From assembly GCA_964428605.1 (NCBI GenBank), contig CAYRZI010000003.1:173-64172 (forward strand): a DNA stretch of 64,000 nucleotides, in the 5' to 3' direction. Both the position numbers and the translations under genes were made by a program. The stretch is from an uncultured Woeseiaceae bacterium (GTDB lineage: Bacteria; Pseudomonadota; Gammaproteobacteria; Steroidobacterales; Woeseiaceae). Shown one piece after another: positions 44,198-53,315 of this stretch (within the stretch, counting starts at the first letter, position 1; each line of letters starts with the position of its first letter). A model generated the notes under the pieces. It ran no database searches and was not told the origin of the DNA. It saw nothing but the letters and a program-made list of their open reading frames with translations.

Positions 44198-45470
44198 ACC
44201 GGTCTCTGGCGGATTCCGCGCCGTATCTGAACGGCTCGCCCTTCTCGTCCTGCAGCTGCTGGTCGTACGCCGCCTGCAGCCCGGTGTCCTGCTCCTCGGC
44301 GTCCTCGTCCGGCTCGGGCTCGATGTAGCCCGGATAGAATGGCGACAGGATGGCCACGGTTATACCGATTGCCGCCAGCACGGCAAACGCATCGGCATAG
44401 CCGATGTCGGCCACCAGCGCGCCGACCACGGGCGAGCCGGACGCCTGCCCGAGCGCAACCGCAATGAACGGCAGCACCGGCCCCATGGCCAGCCGACCCG
44501 GCAACACGCGTATGCCGGTCATGAGGTACAGGCCCGTCAGGCTCATGTAGGCCAGGCCGAAGACCAGCGCCGAAAACGTCGCTAGCAGCACGCTGCCGGG
44601 ACTGGCGGCGAGCAGCGCGAGGCTCGCCGACAGCATCATCAGCATCAATGCGTGGGTGATCGGCGGATTGTTGCGGTCGGCCAGGTCGGCGACCGCCGCG
44701 CCGCCGAGGCCCGCCACGCCGACCGCGAGCCACAGCCATCCGGCTGCGCCGGGCGGCAGCGCGCCGAGGGTGACCACCAGGTCGGGTGCGAAGATCCAGT
44801 ACGCCGACGCGATGAATCCCATGACGAATGCAAACACGGAGAGCTCGAACAGACGTGACCACTGCAGCTTGCTGATGGGCGGAGGCGGCGCGGCGTTGGA
44901 CGGCACGATGGGCGATGCGGCGGGGATGAAGCGCCACGCGGCAAAGACGCCTGCGGCGGCGAGGACGGCGAAGGTGGCGTAGGCAAAACGCCAGGCCCCG
45001 GCCATGAACAGTACCGCCGGCACGGCGACCGCCACGCCGACGCTGGTGCCCGCGTTCATGACCGCGCTGACGCGCCCGTGCTGCCTGCGCCTGACCACTG
45101 CCCGCATGGCAGCGGTGAGCGCCGGCATCATCAGCCCGGTGCAGATACCGCAGGCGAACACACCGCCGCCCAGCGAGGCCGGCCCGGACGCCAGGCTGAT
45201 CAGCGTCAGCCCGCCGACGCCGAACAGGCCCGACAGCACCGCGGTATGGCGCGCCCCGAGACGGTTGGCGATGAAAGGCGCGGCGAGCGTGGCCAGCAGG
45301 AAGCTGATCAGCGGCAGCGCGCCGATGATGCCGATCATGTAGGGCGTGAGCGACAGTTCGGCGCGGATCGGAGGAACGAACAGTCCGAAGGCGAAGCGCG
45401 CCAGACCGTAGCTGATCGCGACCAGCGCCGCGCCCAGAAGCGCGAACGCCGTACTCGATCGCGAATTCAC
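44196..45470 (-). CDS. MFS transporter, YbfB/YjiJ-like
   Basis: YGLARFAFGLFVP, ANRLGAR, about 12 TM segments; GTG start inferred. Confidence 0.85.
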   Translation of the reverse strand: MNSRSSTAFALLGAALVAISYGLARFAFGLFVPPIRAELSLTPYMIGIIGALPLISFLLATLAAPFIANRLGARHTAVLSGLFGVGGLTLISLASGPASLGGGVFACGICTGLMMPALTAAMRAVVRRRQHGRVSAVMNAGTSVGVAVAVPAVLFMAGAWRFAYATFAVLAAAGVFAAWRFIPAASPIVPSNAAPPPPISKLQWSRLFELSVFAFVMGFIASAYWIFAPDLVVTLGALPPGAAGWLWLAVGVAGLGGAAVADLADRNNPPITHALMLMMLSASLALLAASPGSVLLATFSALVFGLAYMSLTGLYLMTGIRVLPGRLAMGPVLPFIAVALGQASGSPVVGALVADIGYADAFAVLAAIGITVAILSPFYPGYIEPEPDEDAEEQDTGLQAAYDQQLQDEKGEPFRYGAESARDR

Positions 45471-45642
45471 GGCACCCCCGTGCGGTTGGCAACCGGCACT
45501 CCCGTCGGCTGCGGTTTCAGGCGCGACTCGCGCCGCGCGCGCTTCTTCAGGCTCTCCATAGCCACCACGACTGCATCCGGTGGGGTCGGATACCACGATA
45601 ACAGAGTCCGCGTTGACGGACTCAGGGGGAGAAATCCACAAA

Positions 45643-45780
45643 GCGCAGAGGGAGGGATTGATTCGCCTGCTGCGCAGGCTCACCCTGCGGGCGGCTCGCC
45701 GTGCTCGCCGTCTGTCGGCCCGCTACGCCGGCCTCGGCTCGAACCCGATCGTCCGATATCGAGGGTTCGAACCCCGGTTC
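45643..45780 (-). repeat. RtT/TLR-like tRNA-linked repeat
   Basis: Copy of the tRNA 3' end (AATCCCTCCCTCTGCGC), a T-loop copy GGGTTCGA, internal hairpins and a 19-nt antisense copy of the T-arm. Confidence 0.7.
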
Positions 45781-45784
45781 GCAA

Positions 45785-45824
45785 AAAATCAAAAAAAGGG
45801 CCACGAGGGCCCTTTTCTTGATTT
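45785..45824 (-). terminator. Intrinsic terminator after tRNA-Ser
   Basis: AAAATCAAGAAAAGGGCC-CTCGT-GGCCCTTTTTTTGATTTT. Confidence 0.8.
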
Positions 45825-45915
45825 TGGCGGAGAGGGAGGGATTCGAACCCTCGATAGGGGGTTACCCTATACATGAATTCCAATCATGCGCCTTCGACCA
45901 CTCGGCCACCTCTCC
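45825..45915 (-). tRNA. tRNA-Ser(GGA)
   Basis: GGAGAGGTGGCCGAGTGG..CATGA-TTGGAAT-TCATG, long variable arm, GGTTCGAATCC, encoded CCA. Confidence 0.96.
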
Positions 45916-45947
45916 GGAATTCTCGACCCGCGTCGAAGCGGGCGCGC

Positions 45948-45976
45948 AGATTACTCCAGCGGCCCCGCCAGTTCAA
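45948..45976 (-). promoter_or_regulatory. Sigma70 promoter of tRNA-Ser
   Basis: TTGAAC-17-TAATCT followed by a GC-rich discriminator GCGCGCCC. Confidence 0.55.
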
Positions 45977-46257
45977 TCTTCCTCGGCGTCGTCGCGGATC
46001 TCGGCCATGCGGTCGGAGAACGGCGGCGGCTCCTCCAGGCAGCGGCCCTCCGCCGCACCCGGCGGGGTCGAGGCCACCGGCACCGCCAGGTCCCGGCCCT
46101 CGTCCAGGCCGCTCATGCCGGCCGGCACCCGCACCGGCTCCGTGAGCCGGCTCTCCTGGTACGGCTTGGCCCCGGTGCAGCCACCACCGCCGAGCCCGAA
46201 ACCGAAGCAGCCGCTCAGCAGCAGTGCAGCCGCAGGCCAGAGGAAGAGATGTCTCAT
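45973..46257 (-). CDS. Small lipoprotein in the bamC/nlpB position
   Basis: Lipobox LLLSGC; Y.ESR..EP.RVPAG..LAVP resembles the BamC N-terminus; ATGA overlap with dapA. Confidence 0.7.
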   Translation of the reverse strand: MRHLFLWPAAALLLSGCFGFGLGGGGCTGAKPYQESRLTEPVRVPAGMSGLDEGRDLAVPVASTPPGAAEGRCLEEPPPFSDRMAEIRDDAEED

Positions 46258-47150
46258 GCAGGGTTCTCCGCGCTCAATACGATGCCGGCGCCGACCAGTG
46301 CCTCGTCCACGTCGCCACGGAAGCGGGCGTCCAAGGGCGTGAGCGGCAATCTGATGCCCGTGCCCATGTAGCCCATGCGGTGCAGGGCCCATTTGACCGG
46401 GATAGGGTTCGACTCCAGGAACATGGCCTTGTTCACCGGCTGCAGGCGCGCGTCGACGGCACGCACGTTCGCCTCGTCGCCCGCCGCCGCGGCCCGGCAC
46501 ATCTGTGCCATCAGCGCCGGCAACACGTTGGCCGTCACGGACACCACGCCGTGGCCGCCGGCCAGCAGGAAGTCCGCGCTGGTGAAATCGTCTCCGCTGA
46601 AATAGCGGAAATCCGCGGGACAGACCGCCTGCATCGCCTCCAGCCGGCGTACGTCGCCGGTGGCGTCCTTGATGCCGAAGATGCGCTCGTGGGCCGCCAG
46701 CCTGGCCACCGTCTCCGGCAGCAGGTCCGACGCGGTCCGGCCCGGCACGTTGTAGAGCATCACCGGCTTGCTCACCGCATCCGCCACCGTGGTGAAGTGG
46801 CGGTACATTCCCTCCTGGGTGGGCTTGTTGTAATAGGGGGCGACCATCAGGAAGCCGTCGATACCGGCGCCGTCGACCGCCTGCGAGAGCGAGAGGGTCT
46901 GGCGGGTGGAGTTGGAGCCGGTACCGGCCAGGATGTGGATGCGTCCGTCCGCGAGCTCCACGGAGCGGCGCACCAGCTCGGCATGCTCCTCCTTCAGAAG
47001 CGTGGCCGACTCGCCCGTCGTGCCGGCAATCACCAGGCCGTCGGTCCCCGCCTCGCAGTGGAAGTCGATCAGGCGCTCGAGCGCCTCGTAGTCGACCTCG
47101 TCGGCATCGGTGAACGGGGTCGCGAGCGCGACCAGGCTGCCCTGGATCAT
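46254..47150 (-). CDS. dapA: 4-hydroxy-tetrahydrodipicolinate synthase
   Basis: GTTGESATL, PYYNKPTQEG, LYNVPGRT, GIKDATG, ESNPIPVKWA. Confidence 0.97.
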   Translation of the reverse strand: MIQGSLVALATPFTDADEVDYEALERLIDFHCEAGTDGLVIAGTTGESATLLKEEHAELVRRSVELADGRIHILAGTGSNSTRQTLSLSQAVDGAGIDGFLMVAPYYNKPTQEGMYRHFTTVADAVSKPVMLYNVPGRTASDLLPETVARLAAHERIFGIKDATGDVRRLEAMQAVCPADFRYFSGDDFTSADFLLAGGHGVVSVTANVLPALMAQMCRAAAAGDEANVRAVDARLQPVNKAMFLESNPIPVKWALHRMGYMGTGIRLPLTPLDARFRGDVDEALVGAGIVLSAENPA

Positions 47151-47219
47151 GGGTTACTCCGGATGAACGAGGCGGCGATGGTACTGGCCGGGCCCTTCCC
47201 GCGGCAAGAGTCCGCGGCA

Positions 47220-47232
47220 AATCAATTGCTTG
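47220..47232 (+). promoter_or_regulatory. IHF consensus site in the dapA/gcvR divergent region
   Basis: AATCAA-TTGC-TTG. Confidence 0.4.
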
Positions 47233-47303
47233 CACGCCGCTGCAATCACAGTACACTGCGGCCACCGGCAAGCCCCGCCAGACGTATAATCTACTCGCAA
47301 AAC

Positions 47304-47834
47304 ATGTCTCAACTTATTGTTATTTCAGCCATCGGTAATGACCGGACCGGCGTGGTCCAGGATCTGACCGAGACCATCCTGGAGTGCGGCGGCAACATCG
47401 TCGAGAGCCGCATGAGCACGCTGGGTCAGGAGTTCGCGATGCTGCTGCTGGTGTCGGGCAACTGGCACACGGTGAACCGGCTGGAGACCGAACTCGGCAA
47501 GCTGGAGAAACAGCACGGCATCACCGCGACGCTGTGCCAGACCCGGGAACGGCTGGAGAAACGCGACAGCCTGCCGTACGCAGTGGACGTGGTCTGCCTC
47601 GACCAACAGGGTGTGGTATTCAACATCGCGCGCTTCTTCTCGAGCCGGGGCATCGACATCGCCGAGCTCAGCACCCGCAGCTACGCGGCCGCCCACACCG
47701 GTGCGCCCATGTATTCGGTGCAGATGAACGTGAGCGTGCCGGAACGCATCCACATCGCGCAGCTGCGCGAAGAATTCATGGAAATGTGCGACCAGTACAA
47801 CCTGGACGCCATACTCGAACCGGTGAAAGCCTGA
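47304..47834 (+). CDS. gcvR: Glycine cleavage system regulator (tandem ACT)
   Basis: VISAIGNDRTGVV, CGGNIVESRM; canonical position between dapA and bcp. Confidence 0.9.
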   Translation: MSQLIVISAIGNDRTGVVQDLTETILECGGNIVESRMSTLGQEFAMLLLVSGNWHTVNRLETELGKLEKQHGITATLCQTRERLEKRDSLPYAVDVVCLDQQGVVFNIARFFSSRGIDIAELSTRSYAAAHTGAPMYSVQMNVSVPERIHIAQLREEFMEMCDQYNLDAILEPVKA

Positions 47835-47879
47835 CGCCGGCCGACTGCGGCACGGCCCCGCCCAGAGGAGACCCACACG

Positions 47880-48350
47880 ATGAGCGCACCCGAGATCGGC
47901 AAGGTGGTGAAGGACTTCAAGCTGCCGGCGACCGGCGACAAGACGGTCAGGCTGAAGGACCTGCGCGGCAGGAACGTGGTCGTGTATTTCTACCCGAAGG
48001 ACGCGACACCGGGCTGCACCACCGAGGGCCAGGACTTCCGCGACCTGCACGGTAAATTCAAGCGCGCCAACACGGTGATCCTGGGCGTCTCCCGTGACTC
48101 GATCGCCTCCCACGAGAAATTCCGCGCCAAGCACGAGTTCCCCTTCGACCTGCTGTCCGACGAGGACGAGACCGTCTGCCGCCAGTTCGACGTGATCAAG
48201 GAGAAGAACATGTACGGGCGCAAGGTGATGGGGGTCGAGCGCAGTACCTTCCTGATCGACGACAAGGGCAAGCTGCGCCGGGAATGGCGCAAGGTGAAGG
48301 TGAAAGGCCACGCCGACGAAGTGCTGGAAGCCGCGAAGGAGCTGGGCTGA
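47880..48350 (+). CDS. bcp: Peroxiredoxin, BCP type
   Basis: YFYPKDATPGCTTE, MYGRKVMGVERSTF. Confidence 0.93.
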   Translation: MSAPEIGKVVKDFKLPATGDKTVRLKDLRGRNVVVYFYPKDATPGCTTEGQDFRDLHGKFKRANTVILGVSRDSIASHEKFRAKHEFPFDLLSDEDETVCRQFDVIKEKNMYGRKVMGVERSTFLIDDKGKLRREWRKVKVKGHADEVLEAAKELG

Positions 48351-48431
48351 GGCCGCGGCGCCCGTGCGGGTACACAGCTGACGTTTGCTGACATTCCCCG
48401 CGCGAAGGTCGGCGTATGATGGGAACGCACC

Positions 48432-49958
48432 ATGCCGGCCATTGTCCTAACTTCCATCATGGCTGACCTCCGCTCCCTGTCCGTCCGCGCACTGCTGCTG
48501 GTACTACCCCTCGCGGCGATGCTCGCGAGCGGGGGGCCGCTGCTGGCGGCGGGCGACCTGCCGGACATCGGCAGCCCGGCCAATGCCATGCTGCCGAAGT
48601 CCGAGGAGGCCCGCATCGGCCGCGCGATCATGCGCGAGCTGAGGAGCCGGGGCCGGGTGGTCGAGGACCCCCTGATCAACGAGTACATCGAGGCCGTGGG
48701 GCACCGGCTGGTGGCCCATGCCAACGACGGCGAGCAGAGCTTCGAGTTCTTCGTCGTCGAGGACCCGAGCATCAACGCCTTCGCCCTGCCCGGCGGATTC
48801 ATCGGCGTGCACACCGGACTGATCGAGGCCACCGAGAACGAGAGCGAGCTGGCCGGCGTGCTGGCCCACGAGATCGCCCACGTGACCCAGCGCCACATCG
48901 CGCGTTCCATCTACAACAACTCCCGCGCCAACATCATCACGCTGGCGACGATGCTGGGCGCCATCCTGGTCGGCATGGCGGCGGACGGCGGCAGCGACGC
49001 CACCCAGGGCGCCATCATGGGCGCCCAGGGCATGATGGTGCAGAACCGGATCAACTTCACGCGGCGCAACGAGTACGAGGCGGACCGTGTCGGCGTGGCC
49101 ATCATGGCCGCCGCCGGCTTCGACCCCCAGGGCATGCCGGACTTCTTCGCCACCATCGGCCGGCGGGCGGGACCCTTCGCGAGCAGCGTGCCGGAGTTCC
49201 TGCGCACCCACCCGGTATCCAGCAACCGGATAGCGGAGACCCGCTCGCGGGCGGCCAGCCTGCCCGTCGCCGACGTCGACGAGACGACCGGCTACGGCCT
49301 GGCCAAGGCGCGGATCATCGGGCAGGGGCGCACCTCGCCCGCGAATGCCCTGACCTACTTCCGCGAATCGGCGCCGCCGGGGGATGCCGCCCTGTACGGC
49401 GAGGCCGTCGTGCTGCTGCGCATGGACCGGCCGGGCGAGGCCCAGCGGATCTTCGAGCGGCTGATCGACGCCAACCAGGACGTCATCGCCTACCACATCG
49501 GGCTGGCGGAGGCGCAGCTCGCCAACGACAACGAGATGGCGGCGCTGTCCACCTACGCCAACGCCAGGGAGCTGTTCCCCCGCAACGTGCCGCTGATCAT
49601 CAGCTATGCGGAGACGCTGCTGCAGCTCGACCGGGGCACCATGGCCCACGACATGCTGCTGGACCTGCTGAACAACACGCCGCCCACCCCCGAGCAGGTA
49701 CGGCTCATCGCGCGCGCCGCCGTGGCCGCCGGCGAGACCGCCGAGGCCCACTACTATCTGTCCGAGTACAACATCATGATCGGGGATCTGGTGCGGGCCA
49801 TCGGTTTCCTGTCCCGGGGCCTGGAGCTGCCGGAGACCGAGCCGATCCAGCGGGCGCGCTTCGAGGCCCGGATCGACTTCATCAAGGAATACCTGAGCGA
49901 GGAGCAGCTCAGGGAAGTGGCGCGGAACGACCCCGACCGGGAGCCCGGGGCCGGCTGA
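48432..49958 (+). CDS. bepA: M48 metalloprotease with TPR domain (BepA)
   Basis: LPDIG, INAFALPGG, AHEIAHVTQRH, EYEADR, LRTHP. Start 48432 or 48459. Confidence 0.92.
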   Translation: MPAIVLTSIMADLRSLSVRALLLVLPLAAMLASGGPLLAAGDLPDIGSPANAMLPKSEEARIGRAIMRELRSRGRVVEDPLINEYIEAVGHRLVAHANDGEQSFEFFVVEDPSINAFALPGGFIGVHTGLIEATENESELAGVLAHEIAHVTQRHIARSIYNNSRANIITLATMLGAILVGMAADGGSDATQGAIMGAQGMMVQNRINFTRRNEYEADRVGVAIMAAAGFDPQGMPDFFATIGRRAGPFASSVPEFLRTHPVSSNRIAETRSRAASLPVADVDETTGYGLAKARIIGQGRTSPANALTYFRESAPPGDAALYGEAVVLLRMDRPGEAQRIFERLIDANQDVIAYHIGLAEAQLANDNEMAALSTYANARELFPRNVPLIISYAETLLQLDRGTMAHDMLLDLLNNTPPTPEQVRLIARAAVAAGETAEAHYYLSEYNIMIGDLVRAIGFLSRGLELPETEPIQRARFEARIDFIKEYLSEEQLREVARNDPDREPGAG

Positions 49959-49968
49959 GACCGTGGCC

Positions 49969-50328
49969 TCAGCCTGGGCTGGCGCCCCCCTCGCCGCCGC
50001 GGCCCTCGATGAAACCCACCCAGCGCTCGCCCATGCTCAGCAGATCCTCCACGTCGCTGGTCTGGGCGATGTTCGTGATCTTCTCCGGGATGTTGCGGAA
50101 GTGGATCTCCCGCACGGTGTGATTGGCCCAGGTAATCCACTCCAGCAGCAACGCCAGACCGGCGCTGTCGGTCCTGGTCACGCCGCCCAGGTCGACCTCC
50201 AGCATGGTGTGATCGGCGAAGCGTTCCGTGGCCTCGCGCAATATCGCGGACACGGTATGGAAGGTCATCTCTCCCGCTACGGCGAAGCGGCCCTCGCCCA
50301 GGTCGCGGAATTCCCAGCGCCCGCTCAC
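49969..50328 (-). CDS. mlaB: STAS protein MlaB
   Basis: VDLGGVTRTDSAGLALLLEW; operon context. Confidence 0.88.
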   Translation of the reverse strand: MSGRWEFRDLGEGRFAVAGEMTFHTVSAILREATERFADHTMLEVDLGGVTRTDSAGLALLLEWITWANHTVREIHFRNIPEKITNIAQTSDVEDLLSMGERWVGFIEGRGGEGGASPG

Positions 50329-51002
50329 GTGGCCGCGGACTCTCCGGCCTCGTCGGCGGAGCCGCCGTCGCCGCCCTCGCCCTCGGCCTCGCCCTCGGCC
50401 TCGCGTATGCCGGCCTCCCGCTCCAGACGCCGGATCACGGCCTCCAGGCCCTTGTCGGCGATCTCGGCGTTGAGCTCGGTGCGGAAGTTGCGCACGTAGG
50501 AGATGCCTTCCACCGTGACGTCATAGACCTTCCAGCCGTCCTCGCGCCTGACGAGGCCGTAGTTCACCGGCACCTCGGTGCCGTCGTCCAGCTCGACCTC
50601 GGTGCGCACCGTGGTGCGCCGCTCCTCAGGGTCGCCCCGGAAGGGCAGCACCGTGACGCGGTCCTGGTCGAACTCCAGTACGCCGTCGGCGTAGCGCTCC
50701 AGCAGTGCCTGGTAGAACGCCTTGATGAAGCGCTGCTGCTGCTCCTCGCTGGCTGAGCGCCAGTAGCGGCCCAGTACGAGCTGGGCGGCATAGCGCCGGT
50801 CGAAGCGCGGCAGCAGGATCCTGTCGATCACCCGGTACAGCTCCTCGCGGTCCTCCTTGAGCTCCAGCTTGCGCCCCTCCAGCGCGCCGGAGAGCTCCTC
50901 CACGGCGGAGTCGATCACGCCCGTGGGGTCTTCAGTACGGGCGACGCCCGGCACGCTCAGCAATATCCCCAGCATCGCCAGGGTCGTCATACCTATTCTC
51001 AT
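50325..51002 (-). CDS. mlaC: Phospholipid-binding protein MlaC
   Basis: LVLGRYWR, WKVYDVTVEGISYV.NFR. Confidence 0.92.
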   Translation of the reverse strand: MRIGMTTLAMLGILLSVPGVARTEDPTGVIDSAVEELSGALEGRKLELKEDREELYRVIDRILLPRFDRRYAAQLVLGRYWRSASEEQQQRFIKAFYQALLERYADGVLEFDQDRVTVLPFRGDPEERRTTVRTEVELDDGTEVPVNYGLVRREDGWKVYDVTVEGISYVRNFRTELNAEIADKGLEAVIRRLEREAGIREAEGEAEGEGGDGGSADEAGESAAT

Positions 51003-51469
51003 TCGTCGTCTCCCGAACCCATGTTCACCAGGAACTTGCCGATCAGGTTTTCCAGCACCACCGCGGACTGGGTGAACAGCACCTCGCTGCCGTCCTCCAG
51101 GTACATTTCGGAGCCGCCCGGCTGCAGGCCGATGTACTGGCTGCCGAGCAGGCCCGCGGTCAGGATGCTGGCGTCGGAGTCCTCCGGAATCTGGTCGTAA
51201 TTCTCCTCGATGCGCATGGTCACCACGGCGTCGAGGCGCTGCGGATCGAACTCGATGGCGCTCACGCGCCCGATGGTCACGCCGGCCATGCTGACCGGCG
51301 CGCGCACCTTCAGGCTGCCCACATTCTGAAAGCGAGCCGTCACCTCGTAGGTGTCGTCCTGCACATAACCGCCGATGGTGGTGGTCTGCGTGATCAGGAA
51401 GAACAGCGCGGCGAAACCCAGGAACACGAACAACCCGGTGCTTATCTCTACTGCTCTGGTCTGCTGCAT
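50999..51469 (-). CDS. mlaD: MCE protein MlaD
   Basis: GSLKVRAPV.MAGV.IGRV, TAGLLGSQYI, TQSAVVLENLI. Confidence 0.95.
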   Translation of the reverse strand: MQQTRAVEISTGLFVFLGFAALFFLITQTTTIGGYVQDDTYEVTARFQNVGSLKVRAPVSMAGVTIGRVSAIEFDPQRLDAVVTMRIEENYDQIPEDSDASILTAGLLGSQYIGLQPGGSEMYLEDGSEVLFTQSAVVLENLIGKFLVNMGSGDDE

Positions 51470-51482
51470 AAGCCCTGTACCT

Positions 51483-52247
51483 TCACATCAACGCGGCGGT
51501 AATCATGAAATCGAGCACCAGCACGGCGATGGAGGATATGACCACCGTGCGCGTCGTCGCCCTGCCGACCCCCTCCGCCGTCGGCAACGCATTGTAACCC
51601 TCGAATACGGCGAGCAGGCTCGCGGCCACGCCGAACACCACGCTCTTGACCACACCCTCCATGATGTCGGCCAGCTCCACACTTTCTCTCATCTGCGCCC
51701 AGAAGGCGCCGATATCAACCCCCATCAGCACCACGCCCACCATGTAGGCGCCGAATATGGCCACGGCGCTGAAGATACCTGCCAGCAGCGGCATGGCGAT
51801 GACGCCGCCGAGGAAGCGCGGCATCACGACCCGGCGGATGGGATCCACGGCCATCATCTCCATGGCCGAGAGCTGATCCGTGGCCCGCATCAGGCCGATC
51901 TCCGAGGCCAGCGCCGTACCGGCGCGCCCGGCGAACAGCAGCGCGGTCACCACCGGCCCGAGTTCCTTCATCAGCGACAGGGCCACGAAGACGCCCAGCG
52001 CGTCTTCGGAGCCGAACCGGGACAGGTTGTCGTGGCCCTGCAGGCCCAGCACGCCGCCCACGAAGAAGCCCGACGTGACGATGATGGGCAGCGACAGCGC
52101 GCCCGTGTTGTGCACCTGCTGCACGACCAGCGGGAAACGCCGCCAGAACGCCCGCGGCGTGGCGGCCAGCAGGCGCAGGAAGAACAGCTGCAGCTGTCCG
52201 AAGGTCTGCAGGAAGCCGGCCAGAGCATAGGCGAGGTCGCGGAACAC
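51483..52247 (-). CDS. mlaE: ABC permease MlaE
   Basis: ELGPVVTALLFAGRAG, EIGLM, GVGRATTRTVV. Confidence 0.95.
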   Translation of the reverse strand: MFRDLAYALAGFLQTFGQLQLFFLRLLAATPRAFWRRFPLVVQQVHNTGALSLPIIVTSGFFVGGVLGLQGHDNLSRFGSEDALGVFVALSLMKELGPVVTALLFAGRAGTALASEIGLMRATDQLSAMEMMAVDPIRRVVMPRFLGGVIAMPLLAGIFSAVAIFGAYMVGVVLMGVDIGAFWAQMRESVELADIMEGVVKSVVFGVAASLLAVFEGYNALPTAEGVGRATTRTVVISSIAVLVLDFMITAALM

Positions 52248-52251
52248 GGCC

Positions 52252-53067
52252 TCACTCGCCCTCGCGGCCCAGCAGCTGCTCCGCGTAGTCCGGTGCCGGA
52301 TAATGGAACGGCACGGGTCCGTCGGCCATGCCGTGCATGAACTGCTTGACGAGGTCCGAGGGCGCGCCGCTCAGCTCCTCGGGGCTGCCCGACGCCACCA
52401 CCTTGCCGTCGGAGATGAGGTAGCTCACGTCGGCCACCGCGCTGATCTCCTCCACGTCGTGGCTGACGACGATGCTGGAGATGCCGAGGATGTCGTTCAT
52501 GCGCCGCACGAGCCGGACGATCACCCCCATCGATATGGGATCCAGACCTACGAAGGGCTCGTCGTAGATGAGGATCTGCGGATCCATGACCATGGCGCGG
52601 GCAAGCGCCACCCGCCGCGCCATGCCGCCCGAGAGTTCCCCGGGCATCAGGGTGGCCGCGCCGCGCAGACCCACGGCGTGCAGCTTCGTGAGGACGATAT
52701 GGCGGATCAGGCGGTCCGGCAGATCGGTGTGCTCGCGCAGCGGGAAGGCCACGTTCTCGAATACAGGGTAATCGGTGAGCAGCGCGCCGTTCTGGAACAG
52801 CATGCCGATCTTCTTGCGCAGCCGGTAGAGCCCGTCCCGGTTCAGTTTCGAGATATCCTCGCCGTCCACGAGGATCGTGCCACGGTCGGGCACGAGCTGG
52901 CCGGTGATCAGTCTGAGCAGCGTCGTCTTGCCCGTGCCGCTGGGGCCCATGATGGCCGTGACCTTGCCCCGCCGGATTTCGATGTCCAGGTGGTCGAATA
53001 TCTGGCGCTGGCCGCGCGCGTAGCACAGGCCGCGGATCTCCACCACGTTTTCCGTCTTCTCGGCCAT
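52252..53067 (-). CDS. mlaF: ABC ATPase MlaF
   Basis: GPSGTGKT, LSGGMARRVALAR, YDEPF, GPVPFHYPA. Confidence 0.95.
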   Translation of the reverse strand: MAEKTENVVEIRGLCYARGQRQIFDHLDIEIRRGKVTAIMGPSGTGKTTLLRLITGQLVPDRGTILVDGEDISKLNRDGLYRLRKKIGMLFQNGALLTDYPVFENVAFPLREHTDLPDRLIRHIVLTKLHAVGLRGAATLMPGELSGGMARRVALARAMVMDPQILIYDEPFVGLDPISMGVIVRLVRRMNDILGISSIVVSHDVEEISAVADVSYLISDGKVVASGSPEELSGAPSDLVKQFMHGMADGPVPFHYPAPDYAEQLLGREGE

Positions 53068-53190
53068 ATCCGTCCCCGTGCCGGCGGTCGGCGCACCCGC
53101 CCTCGGGGCGCCGCACAAGCGGGGGAGCATAGCAAAATCCCCTCCCCGGGACCCCTGGCCGGTGCCACCCCGATCTGGCATCGCCGCCCA

Positions 53191-53214
53191 ATTAGTACTA
53201 AAATGGTCCTGTAT
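53191..53214. promoter_or_regulatory. Putative Rrf2/IscR-type operator of the suf operon
   Basis: AT-rich imperfect palindrome ATTAGTACTAAAATGGTCCTGTAT. Confidence 0.55.
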
Positions 53215-53315
53215 TAAACGGGGCGGCAGACCGCGACGACCGGCAGGAGGGGGCTTTCGCCCCGACCACTGACCCGGATCCGCCCCATCGACGACCGATC
53301 CGGAGCGAAACCGGC

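Noticed and set aside
45643-45659. attL/attR of an active integrative element at tRNA-Ser
   Set aside because: The duplicate lies only about 170 bp from the tRNA and there is no integrase; it fits a tRNA-linked repeat better.
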